DNA from: a virus
Lineage: Duplodnaviria; Caudoviricetes
IMG/VR virus record: IMGVR_UViG_3300032218_000766
Coordinates: 1 to 31,005 of that record
Strand: one strand, 5' to 3'
DNA: 31,005 nt
The notes under the pieces: model-generated
Database searches by the model: none
Seen by the model: only the letters and a program-made list of their open reading frames with translations
Told to the model about the DNA's origin: nothing
Position numbers and translations under genes: made by a program
Part shown: piece by piece, positions 1-9,158 of the stretch
Layout of the letters: each line of letters opens with the position of its first letter
Position numbering within the stretch: position 1 is the stretch's first letter

Positions 1-1484
1 TTGACACCGACACCGTGGGCAGGTTCATCATGCCACCAAGCGGTGTTATTGCCAGCAGTGATCAAGGCAACGGCCTAAACATATTCACAGGCAACATAGC
101 CACCGAAGTTGGAAACAACTGGCGATTTGGCACAGATGGTTTGCTAACATTCCCTAGCGGTACATCGATTGGATCTCTAGAAGGCTCTGCTGGTATCTTT
201 GGTCCAAACGGAACAGATTTTTTAATCAATACTCGCTTTGATAACACAGGTTCTTATCAGGCGTGGACATTTGGCACAGATGGTAAAATAACACTACCGC
301 AGTATAATACTTCTATTTCTCAGGACGATGGTGAAACCACTTTTGCCGGTGGCACTGACGATATCGGTTTACAAGTCACTGTAGATAAAACAATATATCT
401 CAGAGTAGGAGACAACGATTGGGCATTTGGTGCTGGTGCTGGCGGAGCTAATATTTTACAACTGCCCACAGGTGGCGAGATTACGTCAGCCGCAGGTACA
501 GGTGATGTTGTTGTGGAAGCTAATGACGGTGTAGCACGTACTTGGACATTTGGCGGTGATGGTAACTTGACATTGCCTCAAGGTGGAGTTATTACTAGTA
601 ATGGGGCGGCGGCAGTAATAGTTAAGGCACCTTCGGGTAGTCAAGCAGTATTAGCTAACAATGCTGATTACAATGCAGTAGTTGCCTGTGATCAAGATGT
701 GCATATAGTAACCAGTTCAGATGACGGCGACACACTTAAAACTTGGAATTTTGGCACAGATGGTTCCACAACAATCCCAGCACCCGGTGCTGTAACATTT
801 GGGCCCATAGCCTCAACTGTTGGTACGGGCAATGGTGGAACTTTCCATGTAACAATAGCTAATGGTGAGTATGGTGTAACAGCTGATGATAACGGCACAG
901 GCTACGGTGGTGTATTTGGACCAATGACAGTGCCTGGAAATCAACTTGGTGGAGTAACACCGGACAACGATTTGACCGTTACTTTTAGAAATACCAAAAA
1001 CGGTGGTTGGTTTGATAGTGTGGAAAGTTTTTCAGGAACTCCTGCAGAAATAAACTGGAAGTTTGGCACAGATAATACACTAACATTCCCAGATGCTACT
1101 GTTCAAACCACAGCATATAAACGAACCACAGGCTCATGGGATGTTCATACTGGATCTGACACTTATAGTTTTACAGTTCCTGAAAATGGCACTTACACCA
1201 TGTGGGTCAAGGGCACTATCGACAATGGTATCATTGTGTGGAATGCCACTGCAAGTGTGTCTAACACTAATGTACCGGTAATAGGACAACAGTACGCTTG
1301 GAACTACACAGGTGGGGGTACACCGATAGAGTTTACTGCAATACCAACGCAATTTATCGGCACAGCAAATATGATTGTTTCATCTAATCCTAGTGTGGGA
1401 ACTACTTCTAATAAATTTGATTTTGTCATCAACAACACCAGTGGATCAGCACAAACAGTATACTGGGGATATGTAGCACAATGA
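1..1484 (+). CDS. Tail fibre/receptor-binding-like protein with W-x-FG-x-DG-x-L-T-x-P repeats (5'-truncated by the window edge)
   Basis: The frame is open from base 3 (GAC ACC GAC ACC GTG), so the GTG at 15 is probably not the real start. Gly/Thr-rich, with about six repeats such as NWRFGTDGLLTFP, AWTFGTDGKITLP, TWTFGGDGNLTLP and NWKFGTDNTLTFP. Lies in the structural gene block. Confidence 0.6.
   Translation, partial: DTDTVGRFIMPPSGVIASSDQGNGLNIFTGNIATEVGNNWRFGTDGLLTFPSGTSIGSLEGSAGIFGPNGTDFLINTRFDNTGSYQAWTFGTDGKITLPQYNTSISQDDGETTFAGGTDDIGLQVTVDKTIYLRVGDNDWAFGAGAGGANILQLPTGGEITSAAGTGDVVVEANDGVARTWTFGGDGNLTLPQGGVITSNGAAAVIVKAPSGSQAVLANNADYNAVVACDQDVHIVTSSDDGDTLKTWNFGTDGSTTIPAPGAVTFGPIASTVGTGNGGTFHVTIANGEYGVTADDNGTGYGGVFGPMTVPGNQLGGVTPDNDLTVTFRNTKNGGWFDSVESFSGTPAEINWKFGTDNTLTFPDATVQTTAYKRTTGSWDVHTGSDTYSFTVPENGTYTMWVKGTIDNGIIVWNATASVSNTNVPVIGQQYAWNYTGGGTPIEFTAIPTQFIGTANMIVSSNPSVGTTSNKFDFVINNTSGSAQTVYWGYVAQ
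126..1073 (+). repeat. Dispersed direct repeat TTTGGCACAGAT(GGT), 4 copies
   Basis: Copies at 126-140, 270-284, 750-764 (15 nt identical) and 1062-1073 (12 nt). Each encodes FGTD(G). Confidence 0.8.
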
Positions 1485-2203
1485 CCATAACTATTCGTCC
1501 AGGAATAACACTCGGCCCAGGGACTAGTGTAAAGGTGCCGGTGCTACCACCCCCACCGATAGTCACAGACGGACTAGTATTACATTACGATTTCAGTAAC
1601 CCTACTTGCTATACTTCCGGAACTACAATAGCTGACTTGTCGACTGCTACCAACATCGGAACTGTTTTAAATAGTTACGGTGCTTTAACTTTTGTATCCA
1701 ACGGCACTAATAGTTATTTTAATTGGGCAGATAATAATGCTGGCACTAATCTTACAAATAGCATTGCTACAACTAATACCAATGTCTACAAAGATTTTAC
1801 CGTAATATGTTATCCTGATTTTACAGCAGGTGGTGGCATTGTTGGATTACTTGGTTTTGGTGTTGTTGACAAGAGTTTAAGATTCTATAACGGTGTTGAT
1901 GGTGTCGGCCCTTGGTTGTTTTCAAATCCCGGCAACGGCGACGATTGGGCTTCGGGAACAACTACATTCTATGTAAATGGGCAAGCAAGCAATCAAATGG
2001 TAGCAGGATGGAATGTATTAGGTGGAGCAAGAAACAACAGTGGTTTTCCAGAACCTGGACAATTATATATTGGTTCTAGTTTTGCGGCCTCCGGCCGTAA
2101 TTTCAAGGGTAAGATTGCTGTAGTTTTAATGTATAACAGAGTGCTAACAGAAGAAGAACACCTAGTGAACTATAACCACTACAAAACAAGATTTGGATTA
2201 TAA
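1481..2203 (+). CDS. LamG/concanavalin A-like beta-sandwich virion protein
   Basis: DGLVLHYDFSNPTCY at the domain start and FKGKIAVVLMYNRVLTEEE...NY...KTRFGL at the end, a pattern typical of phage LamG-like proteins. ATGA overlap with the upstream gene. Confidence 0.7.
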   Translation: MTITIRPGITLGPGTSVKVPVLPPPPIVTDGLVLHYDFSNPTCYTSGTTIADLSTATNIGTVLNSYGALTFVSNGTNSYFNWADNNAGTNLTNSIATTNTNVYKDFTVICYPDFTAGGGIVGLLGFGVVDKSLRFYNGVDGVGPWLFSNPGNGDDWASGTTTFYVNGQASNQMVAGWNVLGGARNNSGFPEPGQLYIGSSFAASGRNFKGKIAVVLMYNRVLTEEEHLVNYNHYKTRFGL

Positions 2204-2213
2204 TGGAGCGAAT

Positions 2214-3065
2214 ATGAAAACAACGGGCGTAAATTTATCAACAATCAATGTAGGGGCAATTTTTAATCCTTCATTGTTCGGCAAGTATCGTTGGTTGCCA
2301 GACCCTCCAGATAGTAGAGATCATATATATCAACTACAACCGTTATCAGTTGCTCCAGCAAGAGTTGATATGAGACAGTATGCTAGTGCTATTGAAGACC
2401 AAGGGCAGATAGGATCTTGCACTGGCAACAGTATTGCTGGATTGATTGAACTGATTGACCGTAAGAAAAGCAACAAGGCTCTAGATGTTAGCCGGTTGTT
2501 TATCTATTATGAAGAACGTGTGCTAGAAGGTAGTGTGCGCTATGATGCCGGCGCATATATCCGCGACGGTATTAAAGTGTGTTATACTAAAGGAGCACCT
2601 CTTGAAAGTTTATGGCCCTACATTGAAAATAAGTTTGCTACTAAACCCACTGCCGCTGCCTATACAGATGCGCTAAAACGTAAAGTAACTGGTTACCAAA
2701 AATGTGCGGATTTTGCCGCAGTTAAAAACGCACTAGCCGCAGGAAATCCTGTTGTCATTGGGTTTAGTGTATATGATAGTTTTGAAGGTGCCTGGGGAGA
2801 TATTCCACACGGACAAGCAGGATCAGGTATGATGCCTTATCCTAACAAAAACACAGAACAACTGCTTGGCGGACACGCTGTAGCTATTGTTGGTTATGAT
2901 GATACTATGCCTGTTGCAGGCAAGGCTAATGGACGTTTTATAGTGCGTAATAGCTGGGGCACAGGTTGGGGAGATGCTGGTTATTTTTACATGCCGTATG
3001 ATGTGTTAAAAACTCCAGGCATGGCTAGCGATTTTTGGCTAATCAGCGCGGTTACTAACCCTTGA
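2214..3065 (+). CDS. Papain-like cysteine peptidase (family C1A)
   Basis: Catalytic motifs DQGQIGSCTG (oxyanion Gln, Cys), GGHAVAIVGYDD (His) and IVRNSWG (Asn). Start moved to ATG 2214 because GGAG at 2205-2208 precedes it. Confidence 0.93.
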   Translation: MKTTGVNLSTINVGAIFNPSLFGKYRWLPDPPDSRDHIYQLQPLSVAPARVDMRQYASAIEDQGQIGSCTGNSIAGLIELIDRKKSNKALDVSRLFIYYEERVLEGSVRYDAGAYIRDGIKVCYTKGAPLESLWPYIENKFATKPTAAAYTDALKRKVTGYQKCADFAAVKNALAAGNPVVIGFSVYDSFEGAWGDIPHGQAGSGMMPYPNKNTEQLLGGHAVAIVGYDDTMPVAGKANGRFIVRNSWGTGWGDAGYFYMPYDVLKTPGMASDFWLISAVTNP

Positions 3066-3071
3066 TAAATA
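3066..3071 (+). promoter_or_regulatory. T4-like late promoter (TAAATA)
   Basis: GATAAATAC directly after the peptidase stop and about 20 nt before ATG 3091. The same hexamer recurs upstream of other structural genes. Confidence 0.65.
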
Positions 3072-3090
3072 CTTAAAAGAGAGCAATACT

Positions 3091-3591
3091 ATGCCATTTG
3101 CACCATTACAAACAATCAATATAGGCGGTTATGCTAACGACGGAACCGGTGACGATTTACGCACCGCGTTTCAAAAAGTTAACAGTAACTTTGCAACCCT
3201 AAACTCTGAACTAGGTATTACCACTGCGGAAAATGTAGGCAGCGGTGTTGGCATTTTTGCACAAAAAGACGACACAACTTTACAGTTTAAATCATTAAAA
3301 GGTACTAGCGGAGTAACAGTTACATACGATGCAACATCTGTTACCATCGGTGCTTTGGCAAATATACAAGGTGATAACAATCCAACATTAGGTGGAAATT
3401 TAAACTTAAATGGTTATAGTATTACAGGCAATGGTAGCATTATTATTGGTGTTGGTGATATACAATCGACCGTTTGGGGCATCGACATTAGACAGTTGCA
3501 GGCCACGTTGGACCAAGCAACTTCAGGTAATTTAGATTTTGGATCATTTAATGCTCCTGCAGTCTTCAATTACGACTTTGGATCATTTTAA
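3091..3591 (+). CDS. Baseplate/tail-fibre connector-like protein (T4 gp9/gp10-type N-terminal motif)
   Basis: N-terminus QTINIGGYANDGTGDDLRTAFQKVNSNF matches the 'G..DGTGD.LR.AF.K.N.NF' motif of T4-like baseplate proteins. Confidence 0.7.
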   Translation: MPFAPLQTINIGGYANDGTGDDLRTAFQKVNSNFATLNSELGITTAENVGSGVGIFAQKDDTTLQFKSLKGTSGVTVTYDATSVTIGALANIQGDNNPTLGGNLNLNGYSITGNGSIIIGVGDIQSTVWGIDIRQLQATLDQATSGNLDFGSFNAPAVFNYDFGSF

Positions 3592-3607
3592 GGGTTAGGA
3601 GAAATAC

Positions 3608-5371
3608 ATGGCATTAAAACTAAGACGCGGGTTAGAACAAAACAGAACAAGTATAACGCCTGCTGACGGCGAGTTAATATATACCACTGACGGTAAAGCA
3701 CTGTACGTTGGAGATGGTACTACACCTGGAGGCAATGGTGTTAGTGCGCCAGTTGTAAGTGTTAACAATAAAGTTGGTGCAGTAGAGTTAAAAACTGACG
3801 ATATTGCAGAAAGAATAAGTCCTACCCCAACAAATGTGTGGTTTACTAACGAACGAGCACAAGATGCGGCTGCGGCTTTGTTTACTAGTACCACTACATC
3901 GTCAACGTCGCATACTGGCATAACTTTTGACTACAACGATACTGCAAATAAAGTTGTTGCCACTGTTACTGCAACTGGTGATAATTTTAAAACTATCAGC
4001 GTAAACATTCCAATCTTCTTTACATTCCTTATTCCTGGTTCAGGTTATACAAGAACGCCAACTGTAGCTGTTAATCGTGCGCCAAGTGACACAGGAAATG
4101 GTGCGTTGGCTCAAGTTGATGCAAAGTTGACACCAGCACCATTGGCTAGTATTAGCATAGTTAATGGTGGTACTGGTTACACTTCACCACCTATTATTAG
4201 TTTTAGTGGCGGAGGAGATGCCGACGGCGGAGTAGTCCATGCCACTGCCACTTGTACAATAAGCGGCGGATCTATTAATACTGTTAATATTACCTATGCA
4301 GGTGCTGGTTATACTGGACACCCTACTATTACAGTAACCCCAGTGGGCCCAGGCGGTGGTGCAATATTAGAAGCGTTTTTAACTCAAACCAGCGTTAGCA
4401 AGTTAGAGTTAGTTGATCCAGGCAATAACTATCGTGTTGACCCACTTGTAGTCATCACTCCTGATGCATTAGACGCAACAGGTGGTGGTGCAGGCGCAAC
4501 TGGTAACTTATCAGTTCCTTTGGTAGCATCAGGTGCTGATCTTGTAGAACTTCGATCAGTTGCAGGAAGTCCTATCAAGTTTTCAACTTATGTAAATCCA
4601 ACAACACAGAAAAAGATTTTATACATTAACTCTGATCCTGTGGGAGAAGTTAAAGCAGGCACAGCATCAAACATTGCTTTTTATGCAGGTGCAGGAAACG
4701 TCCTATCAAATACTCGAGGATTGTTTTGGAATGCTCAGCAAAGCCAGTTCCAGATTGGTTCTATTACGCAAGGTGTAGACGGTAACGTTCGTATTGTAAG
4801 AAATAGCTATACTGCCGCAACTGGTACTGGTTTTAACTTTGAGCAATATCATACAACACAAGATACTGTTGACTTTAGATTCATTAGGGGTCGAGGCACA
4901 CAAGCAAGCCCACAAGCAGTTATAAATCAAGACAAGGTGGGAGATATTGTATTTGGTGCGAGTAACGGTACTGGTACATCTTTTATAGGCCAGATTACTG
5001 CTCGAGTAACCAGCTCACCTGTAGGAACGCTATTTTCAGGAGCATTAGAGTTTTATACTAGAGATTCAGCTAGTACACTTCCTGCTGTTGCTGTGACCAT
5101 TAACGGTGATAAAACTGTAACACTTGTGTCATCAATTTCGACAACGCAAGTTACAACTCCAACAGTTACAACTTCTCAAAGTACATTAACCTTAACAGCC
5201 ACAAACCGTGTAAGTTCTAGTGTACCGTTTAAAGTACCTAGTTATACAAGTACATCTAGAGATGCTTTAACTGCCCAAGTAGGGGATATCATCTATAATA
5301 GTACAAGCAACAAGTTTCAAGGCTATCAAAATACAGGCGGATCTAGCCTACAATGGGTAGATTTAAGCTAA
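3608..5371 (+). CDS. Tail fibre-like protein with Mtd-type N-terminal domain and GxGYT repeats
   Basis: N-terminus LKLRRG...PADGELIYTTDGKALYVGDG is the major-tropism-determinant-type N-terminal module. Central repeats GSGYTRTPTV, GTGYTSPPII and GAGYTGHPTI. SD AGGAG upstream. Confidence 0.7.
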   Translation: MALKLRRGLEQNRTSITPADGELIYTTDGKALYVGDGTTPGGNGVSAPVVSVNNKVGAVELKTDDIAERISPTPTNVWFTNERAQDAAAALFTSTTTSSTSHTGITFDYNDTANKVVATVTATGDNFKTISVNIPIFFTFLIPGSGYTRTPTVAVNRAPSDTGNGALAQVDAKLTPAPLASISIVNGGTGYTSPPIISFSGGGDADGGVVHATATCTISGGSINTVNITYAGAGYTGHPTITVTPVGPGGGAILEAFLTQTSVSKLELVDPGNNYRVDPLVVITPDALDATGGGAGATGNLSVPLVASGADLVELRSVAGSPIKFSTYVNPTTQKKILYINSDPVGEVKAGTASNIAFYAGAGNVLSNTRGLFWNAQQSQFQIGSITQGVDGNVRIVRNSYTAATGTGFNFEQYHTTQDTVDFRFIRGRGTQASPQAVINQDKVGDIVFGASNGTGTSFIGQITARVTSSPVGTLFSGALEFYTRDSASTLPAVAVTINGDKTVTLVSSISTTQVTTPTVTTSQSTLTLTATNRVSSSVPFKVPSYTSTSRDALTAQVGDIIYNSTSNKFQGYQNTGGSSLQWVDLS

Positions 5372-5400
5372 TATTCTAGCGTTTAACTGCAAGATTACTA

Positions 5401-5427
5401 ATACCTTATTACCAATAAATAAGGTAT
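5401..5427 (+). promoter_or_regulatory. Late promoter TAAATA (5416-5421) embedded in a 10-bp inverted repeat
   Basis: ATACCTTATT (5401-5410) and AATAAGGTAT (5418-5427) are perfect reverse complements with a 7-nt loop. SD AGGA at 5430-5433, ATG at 5440. Confidence 0.65.
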
Positions 5428-5439
5428 ATAGGATAAAAA

Positions 5440-7815
5440 ATGCTCGATATATGGTCTAAACCGTCAGGCTATTCATTTGGTACATTCGAAGAGCGAGTGG
5501 CCTTTGATCAGCCCCTACCATTAAAAACATCGCCAGCAACTGGGACAACATTTCGTGTTATATCCGGTGCATTGCCTGTTGGTCTTAGAATAGAAAATGC
5601 AAGGATCATCGGTGTTCCTGAAGAAGTCCCAAGGGATACTACCTACAGGTTTTGTATTAGGTCACAGCTTGGTTATCAAATTAGTGATCGAACATTTACA
5701 TTAACTGTTACTGGCCCAGACTCTCCAAGATTTATAACAGCCGCGGGTAACTTACACATAGGTACAAACGAACAATATTTTGTACTTGATAGCTCTTTTG
5801 TAAACTTTCAAATAGAAGCTATTGATACTGATACTGCCGCAGGTCAAACTGTAAACTTTTTTGTTGCAAGTGGCGACGGTGAGCTACCTCCCGGATTACG
5901 ATTAACCAACGACGGTGTAATAACAGGCTTTGTACAGCCAGCACTTGCTATTACTCTTAAAGACGGCGACGGTAGCTATGATAACGGGCTGTTTGATAGT
6001 GTAGCATACGATTTTGGTTATCGTCCAACTAATGGCTATGATAGCTATGTTTATGATCAGGTATTCTATGATTTTAGTTTACCCAATAAACCTCCTAAAA
6101 AACTAAATCGAAACTATGAGTTTATTGTTACTATTACAGACGGTGATAGTATAGTTCAAAGAAAGTTTAAGATATTTGTTGTAGCGGATGACTATTTTAG
6201 ATCTGATAACATTACGTACCAAGCAGGTTCTGGAATGTTTACCGCCGACAATACATATCTGCGAGAGCCCATTTGGACCACTCCTCCATACCTTGGCGTT
6301 TACAGAGCCAGCAACTATGTATCATTGATTTTAGATACATACGAAGCATTAACAGCAGGTATTGTTATCTACAGTATGACTGACGAGGAGTTGACTAAAC
6401 TTCCGCCTGGTATGCAGTTTGATCCTACTACAGCCGAAGTATTTGGCATAGTACCTTATCAAACAGCCGTGACAAAACGATACAGTTGGACCATTACTGC
6501 AACTAGATACGGCACTAATGACGATGTTGTTACAACCAGTAGAACATTTAGTGTAGATATTATTGGTGATATCGACAGTGTTATCACTTGGTTAACTGAT
6601 CCAGATCTAGGATCAATCGATGCAAACTATCAATCAACATTAAAAGTAGAAGCCACTAGCACTATTACCGATGCTGTAGTAATCTATACCGTAGTCGATG
6701 GCTACTTGCCACCTGGTCTAACATTAAACTTAGACGGAGAAATACTTGGTAAAGTTAATCAATACGGCGATACCAAAAACCCAGGTCTAATTAGATTCTA
6801 TGACATTGTCGACGGGAACAGAGTTTATACAACATTAGATAACGACACAACAACTGTTGATAGAGAATATAAGTTTACAGTTAAAGCAAGAGACCAATAC
6901 GGTTATAGTGCCAGCACTAAAACATTTACCTTGTATGTAAACACACCAAACTCTCGAGTTTATAGCAATATAAGTATTAAACCGTTCTTGAAGATAAATC
7001 AAAGATCTTCTTGGAAGAGCTTTATTACTGACAGTACCGTCTTTACACCAGCAAGCATATATAGACCTAATGATCCAACATTTGGAATACAAAAAGAACT
7101 TAAAATGCTAGTGTATGCGGGTATTGAAACAACGCAAGCAGGTGCATATATCGGTGCAATGGGTCTTAATCATAAAAAGAAACGTTTTGTATTTGGTTCG
7201 GTGAAAAAAGCAACTGCTATTATACCCGGAACAAATACACAAGTATACGAAGTTGTCTACATTCAAATGCTAGATCCATTAGAGCCAAACGGTAAGAGAT
7301 TGGATAATCGCATTATTGCAAGTACACAAAAAGACAAAATTACCGCAGACAATCTAGTAAACTTCTGGGATGCTGGAGAAAATATTCCTCGATTAGAAGA
7401 AGATCGTGCATATCGAAATAGACCTGACCCTATTATAAAAGTTGATAGCCAGGGTTATCTAGTATCAAACCCAAATCCTAATGCATATTTTCCTAACAGT
7501 ATAAGTAACTGGCGAGACCGATTAGAAGAAGCAAAAAATATCGATAATCGTCAACTGTTTTCAGAAAGAAACTATTTGCCGCTTTGGATGCGTAGTATCC
7601 AACCAGGTGAAAAGCAAGAACTAGACTATACATTAGCATTGCCCATTTGTTATTGCAAAGTTGGAACTGCTGACGATATTATACTAAACATAAAGTATAG
7701 TGGATTTGATTTTAAATCTTTGGACTATACTGTAGACCGATACATAATAGATTCTGTAGAGGGTTACACACAAGATAAATATCTTGTATTTAAAAACGAT
7801 AGGATAACTGTATGA
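5440..7815 (+). CDS. Large virion structural protein with putative Ig (He_PIG-like) repeats, probably baseplate
   Basis: Repeated GxLPPGL/M motifs (GALPVGLRI, GELPPGLRLTNDGVITG, LPPGMQFDPTTAEVFG, GYLPPGLTLNLDGEILG), each followed by Y-x-F-x-V/I strands. Confidence 0.7.
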   Translation: MLDIWSKPSGYSFGTFEERVAFDQPLPLKTSPATGTTFRVISGALPVGLRIENARIIGVPEEVPRDTTYRFCIRSQLGYQISDRTFTLTVTGPDSPRFITAAGNLHIGTNEQYFVLDSSFVNFQIEAIDTDTAAGQTVNFFVASGDGELPPGLRLTNDGVITGFVQPALAITLKDGDGSYDNGLFDSVAYDFGYRPTNGYDSYVYDQVFYDFSLPNKPPKKLNRNYEFIVTITDGDSIVQRKFKIFVVADDYFRSDNITYQAGSGMFTADNTYLREPIWTTPPYLGVYRASNYVSLILDTYEALTAGIVIYSMTDEELTKLPPGMQFDPTTAEVFGIVPYQTAVTKRYSWTITATRYGTNDDVVTTSRTFSVDIIGDIDSVITWLTDPDLGSIDANYQSTLKVEATSTITDAVVIYTVVDGYLPPGLTLNLDGEILGKVNQYGDTKNPGLIRFYDIVDGNRVYTTLDNDTTTVDREYKFTVKARDQYGYSASTKTFTLYVNTPNSRVYSNISIKPFLKINQRSSWKSFITDSTVFTPASIYRPNDPTFGIQKELKMLVYAGIETTQAGAYIGAMGLNHKKKRFVFGSVKKATAIIPGTNTQVYEVVYIQMLDPLEPNGKRLDNRIIASTQKDKITADNLVNFWDAGENIPRLEEDRAYRNRPDPIIKVDSQGYLVSNPNPNAYFPNSISNWRDRLEEAKNIDNRQLFSERNYLPLWMRSIQPGEKQELDYTLALPICYCKVGTADDIILNIKYSGFDFKSLDYTVDRYIIDSVEGYTQDKYLVFKNDRITV

Positions 7816-8378
7816 CCAATATAAATTATGGACTTATTGATGAAACTTACCCAGTAGCTGGGCAAGACAATAACAGCCAGGGATTTCGTGGAAACTTTGC
7901 CGCGATTAAAACATCTTTAGCATTAGCCGAAGAAGCTATTACAATGCTAGAAGATACAACTGCAAAAACTGACAGTAACAATAACTTCCAAGGCAACACA
8001 ATATCAAATGCTGTTGTAAATAAACTATACGGACAAACACATCAGTTGGCCGATATTAACTCTCCACAGTTTATTGATGTAAGTTTAGGACAACTGCACT
8101 ATATCAAGTTTGCTGGAAACACAACAGTTACTTTTAAAAACTGGCCTGATAGTGGAGTATTTGCTAGTGTAAAAGTACACTTATACAGCGATGGTACACA
8201 AAGAACCGCAACATTGGCTACTGAAGTTACTAACGTGTTTGCTCCGGGTTCTGATATTACTCTAGTTGGCCCTGCTCCAACATTTGTATTAAATGCTAAT
8301 GGTAAACATAAAGTTATCGAAGCATGGACATATAGCGGAACTTCAAAAATCTTTTTGAGATATCTAGGCGAGTTCTAA
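7812..8378 (+). CDS. Hypothetical virion structural protein
   Basis: 188 aa with ATGA overlap. N-terminal IDETYPVAGQDNNSQGFRGNF plus a short coiled coil, then a beta-rich C-terminus. GATAAATA lies at 7774-7781 upstream. Confidence 0.55.
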   Translation: MTNINYGLIDETYPVAGQDNNSQGFRGNFAAIKTSLALAEEAITMLEDTTAKTDSNNNFQGNTISNAVVNKLYGQTHQLADINSPQFIDVSLGQLHYIKFAGNTTVTFKNWPDSGVFASVKVHLYSDGTQRTATLATEVTNVFAPGSDITLVGPAPTFVLNANGKHKVIEAWTYSGTSKIFLRYLGEF

Positions 8379-8608
8379 TGCATCCGTTGGTTACTGAACT
8401 GTCAACATTAAAAGATAGTGAGGTTGAATCTAAAATAAATGATTTAACCAAAAAATATTTTATGACTTACAATGTTGAAGTTCGGATGCAGATTGCGTCA
8501 GTTCTTGATGTTTATAAAGAAGAGCTTGAACAAAGAAGAAATAAACTTTGGCAAGCTCAATATGAAAACAGAGATAAAGGACTTGACAAACTGATTAATG
8601 TCAGTTAA
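8378..8608 (+). CDS. Hypothetical helical protein (76 aa)
   Basis: TAATG coupling to the upstream gene; fills the gap exactly. Confidence 0.7.
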   Translation: MHPLVTELSTLKDSEVESKINDLTKKYFMTYNVEVRMQIASVLDVYKEELEQRRNKLWQAQYENRDKGLDKLINVS

Positions 8609-8611
8609 AAT
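8583..8611 (+). promoter_or_regulatory. Sigma70-type promoter, probably producing a leaderless transcript
   Basis: TTGACA (8583-8588), 17 nt, TAAAAT (8606-8611). ATG 8619 follows after 7 nt with no SD. Inverted repeat AACTGA-N6-TCAGTT at 8589-8606. Confidence 0.75.
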
Positions 8612-8618
8612 ATAGGCT

Positions 8619-9131
8619 ATGCGCCTAGACAAATACTCTAATCCAATATTCAACGAATCTGATTTATTTGATGCCATTTATAATGGTTATCAGTTTAATG
8701 TCAATGACACAGTGATTATTGATGAAAAAACAACTGCTATTAAAGAGCTTGAAAATGTTATTGGGTTTAAATTTGTACCTGCATACGAAACACATTTTAA
8801 TGTAGAAGATTACGATAAGGCATGCCAAAGTGTTTGGAATATGCCCGACGAGTACAAAACAATGGATATTGAAGCATGGATATGGCAACAAACACCGCCA
8901 TGGGATCCACAGCACACTCGAGTCCAAGAAGAGTTGGAAGCGTACAAAGCAAGAAACATGCTAGATTTGCTAAAATGGTTAAAATACTTTGTAGACACTA
9001 TGCGTACTAATAATCTAGTTTGGGGGTTAGGACGTGGATCTAGTGTAGCAAGTTATATACTGTTTTTAATAGGCGTTCATAAAGTCGATAGTATCAAATA
9101 TAATTTAGACTGGCGTGAATTCCTGAGATAA
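8619..9131 (+). CDS. DNA polymerase III alpha (DnaE)-like N-terminal palm fragment
   Basis: RVQEEL...LKYFVDTMRTNNLVWGLGRGSSVASYILFLIGVHKVDSIKYNLDWREFLR aligns with DnaE 'RL..EL...VGPGRGS.AGSLVAY.L.IT..DP....LLFERFL'. It ends before the catalytic PD(I/F)D motif. Confidence 0.85.
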   Translation: MRLDKYSNPIFNESDLFDAIYNGYQFNVNDTVIIDEKTTAIKELENVIGFKFVPAYETHFNVEDYDKACQSVWNMPDEYKTMDIEAWIWQQTPPWDPQHTRVQEELEAYKARNMLDLLKWLKYFVDTMRTNNLVWGLGRGSSVASYILFLIGVHKVDSIKYNLDWREFLR

Positions 9132-9158
9132 GTAATACTATAATCCAAGGAGATTAAT

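Noticed and set aside
1-6. TTGACA at the window start
   Set aside because: It lies inside an open reading frame with no -10 element at 16-18 nt.
126-1073. CRISPR-like array from the TTTGGCACAGAT repeats
   Set aside because: The repeats are too short, irregularly spaced and in frame within a protein.
3608-5371. Diversity-generating retroelement, suggested by the Mtd-type N-terminal domain
   Set aside because: No reverse transcriptase and no template/variable repeat pair is visible in the window. This N-terminal module is common in ordinary fibres.
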